A DNA stretch of 64,000 bases, from contig NC_043010.1 in NCBI RefSeq assembly GCF_006345805.1, forward strand, positions 57,474,001-57,538,000, in the 5' to 3' direction. Below, in pieces: positions 26,916 to 39,557 of this stretch. Below the pieces are notes generated by a model. That model saw only the letters and a program-made list of their open reading frames with translations. It was not told where the DNA came from and did no database searches. How positions within the stretch are numbered: the first letter of the stretch is position 1; every line of letters starts with the position of its first letter. The stretch comes from Octopus sinensis. Taxonomy: Eukaryota. The translations under genes were made by a program, and so were the position numbers.

Positions 26916-28668
26916 AAGGTTAGGGTTGGCAACATGTACACAGAAGAATTCAAAGTAGAGGTTGGGGTCCACCAGGGTTCAGTACTCAGCCCCCTCCTAT
27001 TTATCATAGTACTCCAGGCAATTACGGAGGAATTCAAGACAGGCTGTCCCTGGGAGCTCCTCTACGCTGACGACCTTGCTCTTATTGCTGAGTCACTATC
27101 AGAACTGGAGGAGAAGTTCCAGGTGTGGAAGGAGGGTTTAGAATCAAGGGGCCTTAGAGAACCTAGCTAAAACCAAAGTACTAATAAGTAGAAAGGTAGA
27201 CAATCCACAAATCTTCAGGAAGATGGCCCTGCTCGATCTGTAGAAAAGGTGTAGGTAGAAACTCTATAAGATGTACCCAGTGTAAGCTATGGACACATAA
27301 GAGGTGCAGCAATGTCAAAGGTAGGCTAACTGGGAAGATAGTTTTTGTATGTGGCAGATGCTCGGAGCATTAACCTCCGAAAATCTGCAGAAAACAACTT
27401 CCGTCACTTTCCAGGGGGAAAAACTAGAAGTAGTTGATAGCTTCCGTTATCTAGGTGACCAAGTCAGTAGTGGGGGTGGGTGCGCTGAAAGTGTAACTGC
27501 TAGAATAAGAATAGCCTGGGCAAAGTTTAGGGAGCTCTTACCTCTGCTGGTGACTAAAGGCCTCTCGCTCAGAGTAAAAGGCAGACTGTATGATGCGTGT
27601 GTACGAACAGCCATGCTACATGGCAGCGAAACATGGGCCGTGACTGCTGAGGACATGCGTAAGCTCGTGAGGAATGAAGCCAGTATGCTCCGATGGATGT
27701 GTAATGTCAGTGTACATACTCGACAGAGCGTTAGCACCTTGAGAGAAATGTTGTACCAAGAAGCATCAGTTGTGTGTGCAAGAGAGACGATTGCGCTGGT
27801 ATGGTCATGTGGCGAGAATGGATGAAGATAGGTGTGTGAGAAAGTGCCAATCCCTAGCAGTTGAGGGAACCCGTGGAAGAGGTAGACCCAGGAAAACCTG
27901 GGACGAGGTGGTGAAGCACGACCTTCGAACTTTAGGCCTCACTGAAGAAATGACCAGAGACCGAGACCTTTGGAAATATTCTGTACGTGAGAAGACCAGG
28001 CAGGACAAGTGAGCCCAGCCCACTTATGAATGCCTTTCCTCCCTTGGATACAAAGACCGGTTGAGGCAAGCGAAGTCGATATAGAACCTCATCCGACGAC
28101 AGACACCCATGCCAACCCCCCATGCTTGCGAAGACATGTTGGGGCAAGCGAAATCGAAATCGAAACCGAATTGAACCAGCCAGGATCCCTGGCCTGGTGG
28201 TACGTAAAAAGCACTATCCGACTCGTGGCCGTGGCACGTAAAATACTCCAATGCGACCGTACGACAGGCACCCATGCCAACCCCCTTTGCTTGTGAAGAC
28301 ATGTTGGGGCAAGCGAAATCGAAATCGAATTGAACCAGCCAGGATCCTGGTCTGGTGGTACGTAAAAAGCACTATCCGACTCGTGGCCGATGCCAGCACC
28401 GCCTCGACTGGCTTCCGTGCCGGTGGCACATAAAATACACCAATCTGACCATGGCCGTTGCCAGCCCCACCTGGCACCTGTGCAGGTGGCACGTAAAAGC
28501 ACCCACTACACTCACGGAGTGGTTGGCGTTAGGAAGGGCATCCAGCTGTAGAAACATTGCCAGATTAGACTGGAGCCTGGTGCAGCCTTCTGGCTTCCCA
28601 GAACCCCGGTCGAACCGTCCAACCCATGCTAGCATGGAGAACGGACGTTAAACGACGATGATGATGAT
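26916..28668 (+). mobile_element. 5'-truncated RTE-clade LINE (RT C-terminal half, PHD-like insert, 3' UTR, (GAT)n tail), frameshifted
   Basis: VGVHQGSVLSPLLF, LLYADDLAL, VDSFRYLG, RIRIAWAKFREL, MLHGSETW, RRLRWYGHVAR, GTRGRGRPRKTW; stop at 28012; duplicated ~130-bp block in the UTR (about 28097-28231 and 28263-28389). Confidence 0.95.
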
Positions 28669-28897
28669 ATATATGTATAGGAAACATGTAAAATAAAATG
28701 AAGCAGGTGGGTAATTCTATGGTTATCTCTGAGAAGATCTTGATGTGTTGATGGACTTTGCCATCTTATTGTTCCCATCTCAACAAAAAGAAGGAAAATG
28801 GAAAAATCTTTAATATGAAAGTTGTGTCTGATATAACATGGTTGACAGAAAATGTGCCTCATCTACACAAATTTATCTCTGTCTGTTGTGCATTAGT

Positions 28898-29187
28898 ACA
28901 CACACACACACACACACGCATGCACGCACACACATACACACACGCACGCATGCACACACACACATGCACACACACACACGCACACGCACACACGCACACA
29001 CACACATGCATGTACGCACACACATACACACACGCACGCATGCACACACACACACATGCACACACACACACACACGCACACACACACACACACACACACG
29101 CACACATACACACGTACACGCACACACGCACACACACACACACATGCATGTATGCACACACATACACACACGCACGCATGCACACAC

Positions 29188-29220
<33 letters not shown>

Positions 29221-29291
29221 CACGCACACACACACAGGTACACGCACACACACGCACACACACACACGCATGCACACACACACACACACAC
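28898..29291. repeat. (CA)n/(CACG)n compound microsatellite with higher-order repeats
   Basis: Direct inspection. Confidence 0.93.
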
Positions 29292-29384
29292 AGCACTTCA
29301 AGAATCCCAGTTTGCTGACACGAGCAAGTCTTCTCAAGAACTGCACGTTGCTATTCACTGCAAGTCTTTGTGTGTTGCTCCATA

Positions 29385-29830
29385 AGGGTCAAAGGTCCTG
29401 AGGTCAGTCTTCTCCATCTCATGTCTTGCTGATTCTCTCTCTCTTTGGCAAGCTCCAACCACATCAAGTGATTGGCACTTCTTTCTACAACTCTCCTTTT
29501 CCCTAAATATAACCTGTTCACACCATAACAGCCTTTTTCTTGCAAACTACTTCTTATGGTCAATTCTTCCCTCATTGCATTTGTTCTTTCTCTTTCATGC
29601 AGACTTACATTAACCCAACAGATCATGCAATCTTATTCATTTCCAATCTTCTCAAGTCCTATGCATTCAAGGTCCATATTTTACTACCATGCAGCAATGC
29701 AGTTCTAACACAAGTGTCATGCAATCTGGCCTTCACTGTGAGGGAAAAATAGTTAGAGCTCCTTGAACTTTCTCCAGCCCATTCTTACTCTGGTTGCCAC
29801 ACTTTCAGAGTAACCACCTCCTTTGCAGAT
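29385..29830 (-). mobile_element. Old RTE LINE fragment
   Basis: Minus strand gives ESVATRVRMGWRKFKEL and LLHGSKIW, equivalents of 27480-27900. Confidence 0.75.
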
Positions 29831-30364
29831 TACATCGTCTTGGCAACAAAAAGCTATCAACAACAAATTTTAGCGATTGACTTGGGTGTTCAAGAGAAGC
29901 CATTTTTGTGAGCTCATAATCAATAATGATCCATATGAAATCCTCCAAATGAATTATATAGATCATCCTTATAATTTTTCTTATCATCTTTTAGAAACAG
30001 AATATTTCCATTTAAGGGCTTAATTCCCCCTGACCAGGTGTTTTAAAACTGTCTGTTGTTTATACTTTCCATTTGAGATAGCAGTTCTTAAGAATCTCTT
30101 CAATGGGTTCATCAAATTATTAACAGTGGTTGCCTCTGAGAAACACAAAAGGGATTATTTGTGAGAAAATCCTGAATAAATATTAAATTCTTCTCAACAA
30201 GTATCGAGCATTGAGACTATATTTTTCGAATGACAGGGGACTCAAACCCCAGGGGATTCGCTGTGCTTGAGAAGATGCATCAAGATAATTAAAATCATGA
30301 TTGTCCCTGCATGCAGGCTGTTTCCTGCATCCCTTTTCAGCTGAGTGTTCCCAGTCTTGTGGGC

Positions 30365-30614
30365 TTGTGGATGTCACATAAAAAGCACCCATATTGGTGC
30401 CACCCGAAAGCACCTGTGCTGGCGCCACATAAAAAGCCGCTAGTATACTCTGTAAAATGGTTGGTTTTAGGAAGGGCACCCAACCATAGAAACCATGCTA
30501 AACAGATGAGGAGCCTGGGCAGCTCTTCACTTGGCCAGCTCCTGTCAGAGCATCAAACCCATACCAGTATGGAAATATGGACGTTAAATTATGACAATGA
30601 TGATGAGGATGATG
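30365..30614 (+). mobile_element. RTE 3'-tail module, degenerate
   Basis: CACATAAAAAGCACC, GGTTGGTTTTAGGAAGGGCA, ATGGACGTTAAA and a GAT-rich tail. Confidence 0.7.
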
Positions 30615-30744
30615 AGCAGTTTATTGAGATATGGGCTTGATCCTAAGGGGCAAATTCCTGGAGAAAATAAATATGGATGTGTAAATACGAGCATCCTTAT
30701 GTGTATTGGATATGGCACTTAGACATTGAATTTAGTGGTAATAA

Positions 30745-30779
<35 letters not shown>

Positions 30780-30945
30780 TGTGTATGTGTATGTGTGTGT
30801 GTGTGTACACATTTATATGTCAGGCACATGACAACCTCCCTTATGTTGCTGCCATAAAGTGCATCCAGTGCATTCTATAATGTGGTTGGTGTCAGGCAGG
30901 ACATCCTTCTGTAGATGGTAAACCCAAATCGAGACCCCTGACCCT

Positions 30946-31045
30946 NNNNNNNNNNNNNNNNNNNNNNNNNNNNNNNNNNNNNNNNNNNNNNNNNNNNNNN
31001 NNNNNNNNNNNNNNNNNNNNNNNNNNNNNNNNNNNNNNNNNNNNN
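30946..31045. other. Assembly gap (100 N)
   Basis: Run of exactly 100 n, typical of a scaffolding placeholder; true gap size unknown. Confidence 0.99.
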
Positions 31046-31164
31046 AAAAATTGGAAAAAATGCTCCTTGGCATCGCTGCCCCTGCCAGCTCCCTGCCTTG
31101 ACTTGGAGAAATACCAAAATTCTAAATATTATTGGAACGCAACATTGCCATTGTTTTGTTTATT

Positions 31165-31241
31165 TCTTTTATTTTGTTCAGACTGCGGCCATGCTGGAGC
31201 ACTGCCTTTAGTCGAACAAATTGACCACAGGACTAATTCTT

Positions 31242-31273
<32 letters not shown>

Positions 31274-31442
31274 CAGTATATACACGAAGGGCTTCTTTCA
31301 GTTTCCATCTAACAAATCCATTCACAAGGCTTTGGTTGGCTTGAGGCTCTAGTAGAAGACACTTGCCCAAGGTTCCATGCGGTGTGATTGAATCCAGAAC
31401 CATGTGGTTGGGAAGCGAGCTTCTTACCACACAACCACTCCT
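31165..31442 (-). mobile_element. SINE family A with internal deletion
   Basis: Matches both ends of 50010-50412. Confidence 0.8.
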
Positions 31443-31783
31443 CTTTGTTATTTCTGTATGTAGTCTACATGTTCACATGTGGCTTAGATGTTGGTGGGGT
31501 GGGATCATGGCTATGATGTGGTAAGTTCAATTCCTGTACTGCGAGACACGTTGTGTCCTTGAGCAAGACACTTTATTCCAGTCTCCTCATCTGAAAATGA
31601 GCATCAGTCTAGTGCTGCTTCCCTCCTTTTGTCATCTCCTGGATGTTCTACAGGGATCAAGGCTGGGTGAGTCCTGAGGGTATTGATGTCTGCTCCCAAA
31701 GGGACCAGAAAACACCGAGTGAAAGCATGGGCCTTGTTACCAAGCCAGACTTCCTTTCAAGTGATGGCTCTACTAGGTATGTA

Positions 31784-32003
31784 TGAGGGGCTGCTGAAAA
31801 GTTCCTGGCTTTAAGGGTTTCACGAAAGACCTGGCTGGATGCCCAACTTTCCAAGTTCTTTTACAGACCTTAGAAAAACTGAAGGACCCCTGCAATAAGT
31901 GTGTGAATCTGAGAGGGCAATATGTTGAATAAAATCCTAAATAACTGATCCTCCTGTATTTTCTTTTACCAAAAGCCAGGAGCTTTCCAGCCCCCACCCC
32001 GCT
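31784..32003 (+). mobile_element. Mariner-derived MITE
   Basis: TA-TGAGGGGCTGCTGAAAAGTTCCTGGCTTT ... AAAGCCAGGAGCTTTCCAGCCCCCACCCC imperfect TIRs; internal LEKLKDPCNKCVNLRGQYVE* matches a mariner transposase C-terminus. Confidence 0.8.
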
Positions 32004-32419
32004 TATGTATATGTCTGACCTTCATGGTCTGTTGTACAATCTTTGTAAAAAAACATATCCCTACAGTGTTAGTTACTTCTAGTTCTCCTTGTGCCAATGC
32101 CTGGGCTGTTTGTTGTGTGAGAAACTAAGGAAAGTGCCACCTTAAACAGAAAGGGATAAGGGGTACATTCAGGAAGGGTATAAGGGTCTCCAGCTGTGGA
32201 AGCCTGTCCAGCATAACTTTCTGCCACCCAAGCTCGCATAAGGAAGTGGATGGTAAAATGATGAGAATGAAGAAGACAGATTTATGGGGATTTACTTAAT
32301 CCATCATCCTGCTTAACACCAGCACCTGGTACCTGAGTCTACTCTGTTGCAAGCGTTGGAACAAAGTTTCTCATTCAAGGATCTCTTCCTCCCTCTTAGT
32401 CTTGGGTACTGTATTTCTC

Positions 32420-32632
32420 TAGACACGTTAATACATAGGGTGAAATGCTTAGCGGTATTTTGTCTGTCGTAATGTTCTGAGTTCAAATTCTGCCGAGGTT
32501 GACTTTGCCTTTCATCCTTTCGGGGTCGATAAATAAAGTACCAGTTTTGCACTGGAGTTGATGCAATCGACTTAATCCCTTTGTCTGCCCTTGTTTGTCC
32601 CCTCTATGTTTAGCCCCTTATGGGCAATAAAG
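32420..32632 (+). mobile_element. tRNA-derived SINE family B
   Basis: GTTCTGAGTTCAAATTCTGCCGAGGTTGACTTTGCCTTTCATCCTTTCGGGGTCGATAAA; matches 40685-40913. Confidence 0.85.
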
Positions 32633-32689
32633 ATATATATATGTATGTATATACATACATACATACATAGGTATAAAGATGGACAGATA

Positions 32690-32816
32690 TATGTAGATAG
32701 ATAGATAGATAGATAGATAGAGATGGAGATATATAGATATATAGGTAGATAGATAGATGAATAGATAGATAGATAGAAAGATAGGTAGATAGATAGATAT
32801 AGATAGATAGATAGAA

Positions 32817-32858
<42 letters not shown>

Positions 32859-33040
32859 GGAGATGGAGATATATAGATATATAGGTAGATAGATAGATGA
32901 ATAGATAGATAGATAGAAAGATAGGTAGATAGATAGATATAGATAGATAGATAGAAATAGATAGATAGATAGATAGATGGAGATGGAGATATATAGATAG
33001 ATGAATAGATAGATAGATAGAAAGGTAGGTAGATAGATAT
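32690..33040. repeat. (AGAT)n array with a duplicated higher-order unit
   Basis: The variant string GGAGATATATAGATATATAGGTAGAT...GAATAG...GAAAGATAGG recurs. Confidence 0.9.
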
Positions 33041-33853
33041 AGTGAATGAAAAGGGATCTGGGAATCCAGAAGGTTCCCTCAGCACTCCTGTGAATATTTG
33101 CTGACAGAGTTTATAGAAACGAAAAATACTTCAGTCAAAGAAAATGTTTCGCACAAACTGGAAATCTAGGAAGTTTTGTGTGTGTGTGTTTGCATGTATG
33201 TGCACATGCATATGCATATGTGTATGTGTGTGTGTGTGTGTTGTGTGTGTGTGTGTGTGTGTGTGTAACATGGAATAATATTTGAACAAAACAGAGAACA
33301 GCTTGACATTGTTACATTGAAGTAACATCTCCCCCCACCCCCCGCCTCCCTCTCCGCTCCACTGTTTTCCAACATAATTACAAGGTTAAATTTGATGTTT
33401 GCTTCTTTCGCTATTCCATCATTTTCTCAGCAAAATTTTACAATGGGTGGAGTTAGAAATTTGGATTTTATACCATCGCTCCCCTCCCCCTCCCCTCCCC
33501 ATGACCACCACCTTTTAGTTGTGCAGCTGCACCACATATCTTGTAACCAACTGATTGTAAATGCATGTTTCTGCAGCATGGCACTGACTAATTGCATTCA
33601 CAGCAATCCTTCTGTCCCACCTCACCTAATTGACTTCCACAGAATTAATGAATCTTCAGACGTCAGCTTTACAACATATTCCAAACTGCACACTCAACTG
33701 TTTGCAGGGTCTCTACATGTCCTTTTGCTTATTTCTGTTCTCTTCACACACACACACAGGTGTAAAATTATATAATATATATACGCACACACACACACAC
33801 ACACATATATGCACATATAAATACGTATGTATATATAAACACATATGTATATA

Positions 33854-33915
<62 letters not shown>

Positions 33916-33982
33916 TATATATATACATGTATACATATAAATACAGATATATATATATACGTCTGTATATATATAAATATAT

Positions 33983-34013
<31 letters not shown>

Positions 34014-34071
34014 CATGTATACATATATATACACAGATATATATATATATATCTATGTATGTATGTATAAA

Positions 34072-35246
34072 AACACTCATCAGGCACAAGAAAAGACTCA
34101 ATAAAAATTATTAACCAATTAAAATATTCCCACAAACAACATCCACATTCAACAACAATGAAAAGGCTAGAGTTGGAAAAACTTCATCTGCAGACCGACA
34201 TGAAAACCTCCATTGAAAATCAAAGAGCTGCGGAGGAACAGTGGGTAATCAAAAACATCAAACAGAACCCAAAAGTGTTCTATTCCTATGCAAATAAGCA
34301 TAGAACCTCTGTCTCACCCATTGGACCATTGATCGATGATAACGGCATTCCCCAACACGATGCTAAAGAAATGGTAGAAGTACTGCAGAAACAATACTGC
34401 TCTGTCTTTAGTGTTCCCACTGATATTGACGTAAGAGAAGCGAACGAAGTTGACTCCCAACATAAAATCTCAGACATAACCTTCACTGCAACTGACATCA
34501 TAGCAGCAATAAATGAGGTCAAATACTACTCTGCTGTGGGCCCTGATAGATTCCCCGCTAGTCTCCTGAAGGAATGTAGACACCAACTTACAGTTCCTCT
34601 GACCAACCTCTGGAGAAATTCGTTAGACTCAGGTTATATACCGAAACAGCTTCTATCCCAGTTTGTCATCCCAGTTTTCAAACAGGGAAACAGATCCCTC
34701 ACAGCCAACTATCGCCCAATCTCACTCACCTCCCATATCAATAAAGTGTTTGAATGAGTGTTAAGATCAAGGACAGCTGACTTCCTGGAGACCCACAAAC
34801 TCCTGAATGCAAATCAGCATGGCTTTCGCTGTGGAAGGGACTGTCTAACACAGCTCTTGCACCACATTGAAGATATACTTAAAGCCTTGGGAACAGGTTC
34901 GAACTCTGATGTCATATATCTTGACTTCAGTAAAGCGTTCGACAGGGTTGACCATAAAATCCTACTCTCAAAATTGGCAAATGTTGGAATCCGTGGAAAA
35001 CTTCTACACTGGATTAAGTATTTCCTGGCAAATAGAACACAACATGTTGTAGTTGATGGAGTCCACTCAATCCCAGCAAAAGTCACCAGTGGTGTCCTTC
35101 AGGGGACTGACTTGGGCCCATTCCTCTTTATAATTTACATAAACGACCTTTCCAGTGTCGTAAATCACTGCAAAGTGAAAATATTTACTGATGACACTAA
35201 GCTCCAGCAAATCATCAATGAAGAAGAAGACCGAAATCAACTCTAA
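34072..35246 (+). mobile_element. CR1-group LINE ORF2 fragment (RT pseudogene)
   Basis: IKQNPKVFYSY, AVGPD, NYRPISLTSH, NQHGFR, VIYLDFSKAFDRVDH, SGVLQGTDLGPFLFIIYINDL, IFTDDTKL; in-frame stop at 34755-34757; truncated after the DD motif. Confidence 0.9.
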
Positions 35247-35874
35247 TTTCTCCACCATCCCACTTCAACTGCCCCCCCCCCTACTCAACCTTTCTTATAC
35301 GTTGCCCATGGATAGCATTAGATCTCTCTCTATTCAAATCTCCTGCTCCAAATCACATCACTCTATAGCTCCCTCTTTCTCTCCTCGATGCCTGTGCAAT
35401 GAGGGATTGCTTGAGATTTGTTTGTAATCAAACTCTCCCAACACACTCCTTCTCTCCAGCCAGCTATTACTCCCTCTCCACCAGCTCACAAACGACTGAC
35501 ATACTACACTTCACTATCTTCTATCAGTCTCTATTTCTATGATCATCTTTCACTCTCTCTCTCTCTCTCTCTTTCGTTCATCATGAACTATGTTGTTATC
35601 ATCCTTGTTTCTCTCCCATCACTCCTTGCCATCAACGTCTCTCTTCCCTTACTCCCCCCTTTATCACTCTCTCACCTCAATAACTTTGTCTCTCCTCTTA
35701 TACCCTCTCTTCTTTCAATTCTTCATTCGTCTTCTCTCCCTCGGTTGTTTTGTAGTCACTTTTTTGTTCACACTACCTTCAATGAACAGAGACAATGCCG
35801 AGAGCTGGTCTCTCTTTAATCCTCTTAAGGGTAGGCAGTCCATGCAAACTTTTCCAGGGCTGGGGCCACAATAA

Positions 35875-36033
35875 AAACCTACTCAGTACTCACTGTGAAA
35901 AGGTTGCTGTTAGAAGCAGCATCCAGCTCCCCATTATCACCTGGGAGGGGAGTGACTCTGAATGAGAACTGACTTGAATGCTGATCACTCACCTAACCCA
36001 TGCATGGAAAGTGGGTGTAACATGATGAAGACA

Positions 36034-36074
<41 letters not shown>

Positions 36075-36200
36075 ATATACATATATCACCATCTTCATCA
36101 TTTAATGCCTGTTGTCCATACTGGCATGGGTCTGGTGGTTTGACCAGGGATGGTAAGCTACACCAGGCTCCAGTCTCATTTGGCATGGTTTCTATGACTG
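35875..36200. mobile_element. Two degenerate RTE 3'-tail modules, tail to tail
   Basis: Plus copy ends in (GAT)n at about 36073; minus copy spans 36085-36195. Confidence 0.65.
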
Positions 36201-36334
36201 TGGCTCTCTCTCTCTCTATCTATCTATCTATATATATATATATAGAGAGAGAGAGGGGGAGAGTGAAAGAGAAAGAGAGAGAGGGGGAAGAGTGAGAGAG
36301 AAAGAGAGAGAGAGAGAGATATGTATGTATATAT

Positions 36335-36531
36335 ATGTAACTATATGTGGTCCGTTGGTGATTTCTTCTTTTCTTTCTTTGGATTTTTCCCTTTCTCCTT
36401 TCCGATGAAGAGCTAGGCTCAAAACATTTAACTCTCTCCTTTGACTATGCATTATGCTAATATACTTCTTGTGCACATCCTCACGTTCATTGTTTTTCTT
36501 TTTTCCCATTTTTAATCTGTTTATTTGAATT

Positions 36532-36535
<4 letters not shown>
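36335..36535 (+). mobile_element. Probable Penelope-like pLTR relic related to 8335-8530
   Basis: TTT-CCGATGA-A-GAGC-TAG-GCTC-AAAACATT at 36399-36428; same GAGC/GCTC stem II; bordered by TA repeats. Confidence 0.45.
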
Positions 36536-36562
<27 letters not shown>

Positions 36563-36585
36563 GATATACATATATATATATATAT

Positions 36586-36662
<77 letters not shown>

Positions 36663-36663
<1 letters not shown>

Positions 36664-36700
36664 CATCTGAAAATCAAGTAACATGAAACTCGAGTCATGA
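36663..36700 (+). ncRNA. Minimal type I hammerhead-like motif (core G8 mutated)
   Basis: TCAT-CTGAAAA-TCAAGTAACAT-GAA-ACTCGAGT-C-ATGA followed immediately by AATAAA. Confidence 0.55.
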
Positions 36701-37689
36701 AATAAACTCTGAGTTTCAATTAAAAAATATATTCTTTAGAACCTGTATTGAGTACACCTACATCATTCATCCAACATAAACCATTGTTTGTTTATGTATG
36801 TGTGTGTGTGTGTATATACCCCTACACATACACATATAAATATATATAAACATGTACACACACACACACACACACACAGCCTATACATTTATGAGCAGCA
36901 TCAGTATGTTATCTTTGCCAAAATATTCCACCATGTTCCATCTAAAGACTCTTTTGTTAAACAATAATGTTAGCATTTAATGCCAAATTTCTCCAATTCT
37001 TCACTCAGGTACTTCGGTACAGGAATGTTTGTTTCTTCCCCACCATCCCCCACTTCCTTATTCCTTCTCCTTTGTCCTCTTCTTCCCAAACCAAAACCTA
37101 CCTTCTCCTTTGCTCTACCTTTACTAATTTCACCTGTAATGCACCATTCCGCATGGATTACACATTTTACCTGTTTACTCAGCCACTTCACATCGTTCTC
37201 TTTAAACCAAACGACACACAAAAACCCACCCCACCCTCCTCTCTCCTCTCAACCTTTCTCTTTTGATTTTTCTTTCCTTTCTCATGTTTTCTTCTTTTTT
37301 TTTTACCGTTCTTCCTCAACGTTCGTCAATTTCTTGTGCCTTCACCAACAACAACAACAGCAACAACATTCCTTCAGGCAAACAAAACTGCACATTCTGC
37401 GGTCGGTGCAGTGGTGTAAACTAGAGCGACAACAGCAACAAAGTACTTAATGCAATGCAAAAGTGCAGCTAGCTGCAGGTCAGTTGCCGTTTGCTTTCAT
37501 TTAATGTATTTTTCTGCTCAGGGTTTGGCACCGTTGTCTTTGCAAAGGTTGTGTCAATGTCGTTGACATTTCAAATCCAGCAGTTGCCACTGAGTGATGG
37601 CGCTCTGTCTCTCTCTCACTCGTCACACAAGCAAAAATAACCACAGAAACACACACAAACTCCAGTTCCTTCTACCTGCTACTACGAGG

Positions 37690-38270
37690 TAGTGGTGGCG
37701 GCGGTGTTGGTGGTCACTTGTGGTGGTGGTTGGTGTTGGCGTGCTCAATGGTGGTGGTGATGTTGGTGGTGTGGTCACTGGTGTTGGTGGTGGTGTGGTC
37801 ACTGGTGTTGGTGGTGGTGTGGTCACTGGTGTTGGTGGTGGTGTTAGTGGTGATGACAGCAGTATAGTAGTGGTTGTGCTAGTGTGGTGGTGGTGGTGGT
37901 GGTGATAATGGTGGTGGTGTTAACGATGTGGTAGTAGTAGTGGTGGTGTTGGTGGTGCGATCACTTCTGGTGGTGGTGTTGGTGGTGGTGGTATAGGTAT
38001 GATCACTTGTGGTGGTGTTGGTGTTGGTGTGGTCACTGGTGGTGGTGGTGTTAGTAGTGATGACAGCAGTATAGTAGTGGTTGTGCTAGTGTGGTGCTAA
38101 TGGCTTATGATGTAGTGGTGGCAGTGGTGGTATTGGTTTGTAGTCACTGGTGGTGTTGGTGGTGGTCAAGCATGACAATGATGATGGTAGAAGTAATGGT
38201 TTGGTGCTTATGGTGGTAGTGGTGGTGGCAGGAATGGTTTGCTGGAATGGGGATGTGGTGGTGGTGGTGT
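37690..38270. repeat. (GGT)n-rich region with 24-bp repeats GGTGTGGTCACTGGTGTTGGTGGT
   Basis: Direct inspection; also a duplicated TGATGACAGCAGTATAGTAGTGGTTGTGCTAGTGTGGTG block. Confidence 0.85.
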
Positions 38271-38622
38271 CAGTGGACAGGGAAACCTTCTCATATGAAG
38301 ATTTGTATTGAGGTGATTGCCTGTTAGGAGCTGGACTGAGGGGGTTGGGGGTGTTGGCGTGGAGGGGGGTGTCCAGAAGAGGGGGAAGGGTCTGGGGGAG
38401 ATGAGGTCTTTGAATAGAATGATAACAATAAAAGTAATAGTTACGGTAGTTGTAGTAGTCATAGTAATAGTAGTAGAAGTAGTAGTAGCAGCAGCAGCAG
38501 TAGTATTGTGGTGGTGGTGGTGGAAGTAATCGCCCCAGTAAAGGTGAGGAATATTTCTGTCTTTAATTGGGGAAGGTAAAGTATGGTAAAGGAGTTTCTA
38601 TTGGAGAAGAGGAAGAAGAAGG

Positions 38623-38662
<40 letters not shown>

Positions 38663-38789
38663 GGAGAAGAAGAAGTCCTGATCCGATGAAGATCCAGATT
38701 TCAATGGATGTCAACATTTTGTTGAGGTTCCAGTTTTGCTGCCAGAATCCTTAAAGGGTTGGACAAATTCCTTTGGGCTATTTCTGCTT

Positions 38790-38952
38790 TTTTTTCTTAT
38801 ATATTTTCTGAGTTTGAATTCTTCCAAAGTGATTTTTGGACTTTATTCTTTTGGGGGATGATAAAATTAAGGACCACCTGAATAATCAGGGTGACATAAA
38901 TAACTTATCCATCTCCCCTAAAATTGCTGGCTTTGTGCCAAAATTTGAAGCC
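38790..38952 (+). mobile_element. SINE family B, degenerate
   Basis: Resembles 40310-40470, including the AAATTGCTGGC..TGCCAAAA end. Confidence 0.55.
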
Positions 38953-38979
38953 ATTATTATTATCATTATTATTATTATT

Positions 38980-39557
38980 GAGTGAGAGAGCAGTGCATGC
39001 CATCAAAGTGACACTGGGGTAAAATATATGAAGTCCAGTATACCCATCATGACTACCCATCTGATAAGGGTACACCAGGCACATGCATCAACAACCATAT
39101 GTGCGTGACATGGTGATCTCATAACAAGATAAATAGCGCATGACCTTGCGGGTGAGACCCAGTTAGAATTTTCTTCTGGTCAAGTAACCCATCCTGCTCA
39201 AAAGGTTGTTTAAGGATGAATAAGGGTTGTTTAAGGATGAATAAGGGTTGTTTAAGGATGTTGAATGAAACACCTGTTTCCAGAGGTGAATTATTCAAAC
39301 CCCAAAGAATCCCTCTCAACACATGGCTATGATGCTCCCCGACTACTTCTGCTCGTGATCAGAGATGCACATATCGTCAGCTACTAAGGGACATGAACTG
39401 GTTATGGTCAAGCAACTGACAAGCAAATCTGTGGTATTGAGCAGAATATTTGCTGTAGCCCATCTTTTATACCAAGACAAAACAATGTACATGATAACAC
39501 TTCCAGTTAGTTAAGATCAGAAGCCATGAGAGCCGCTGCTTGGTACTGCATTAGGGC

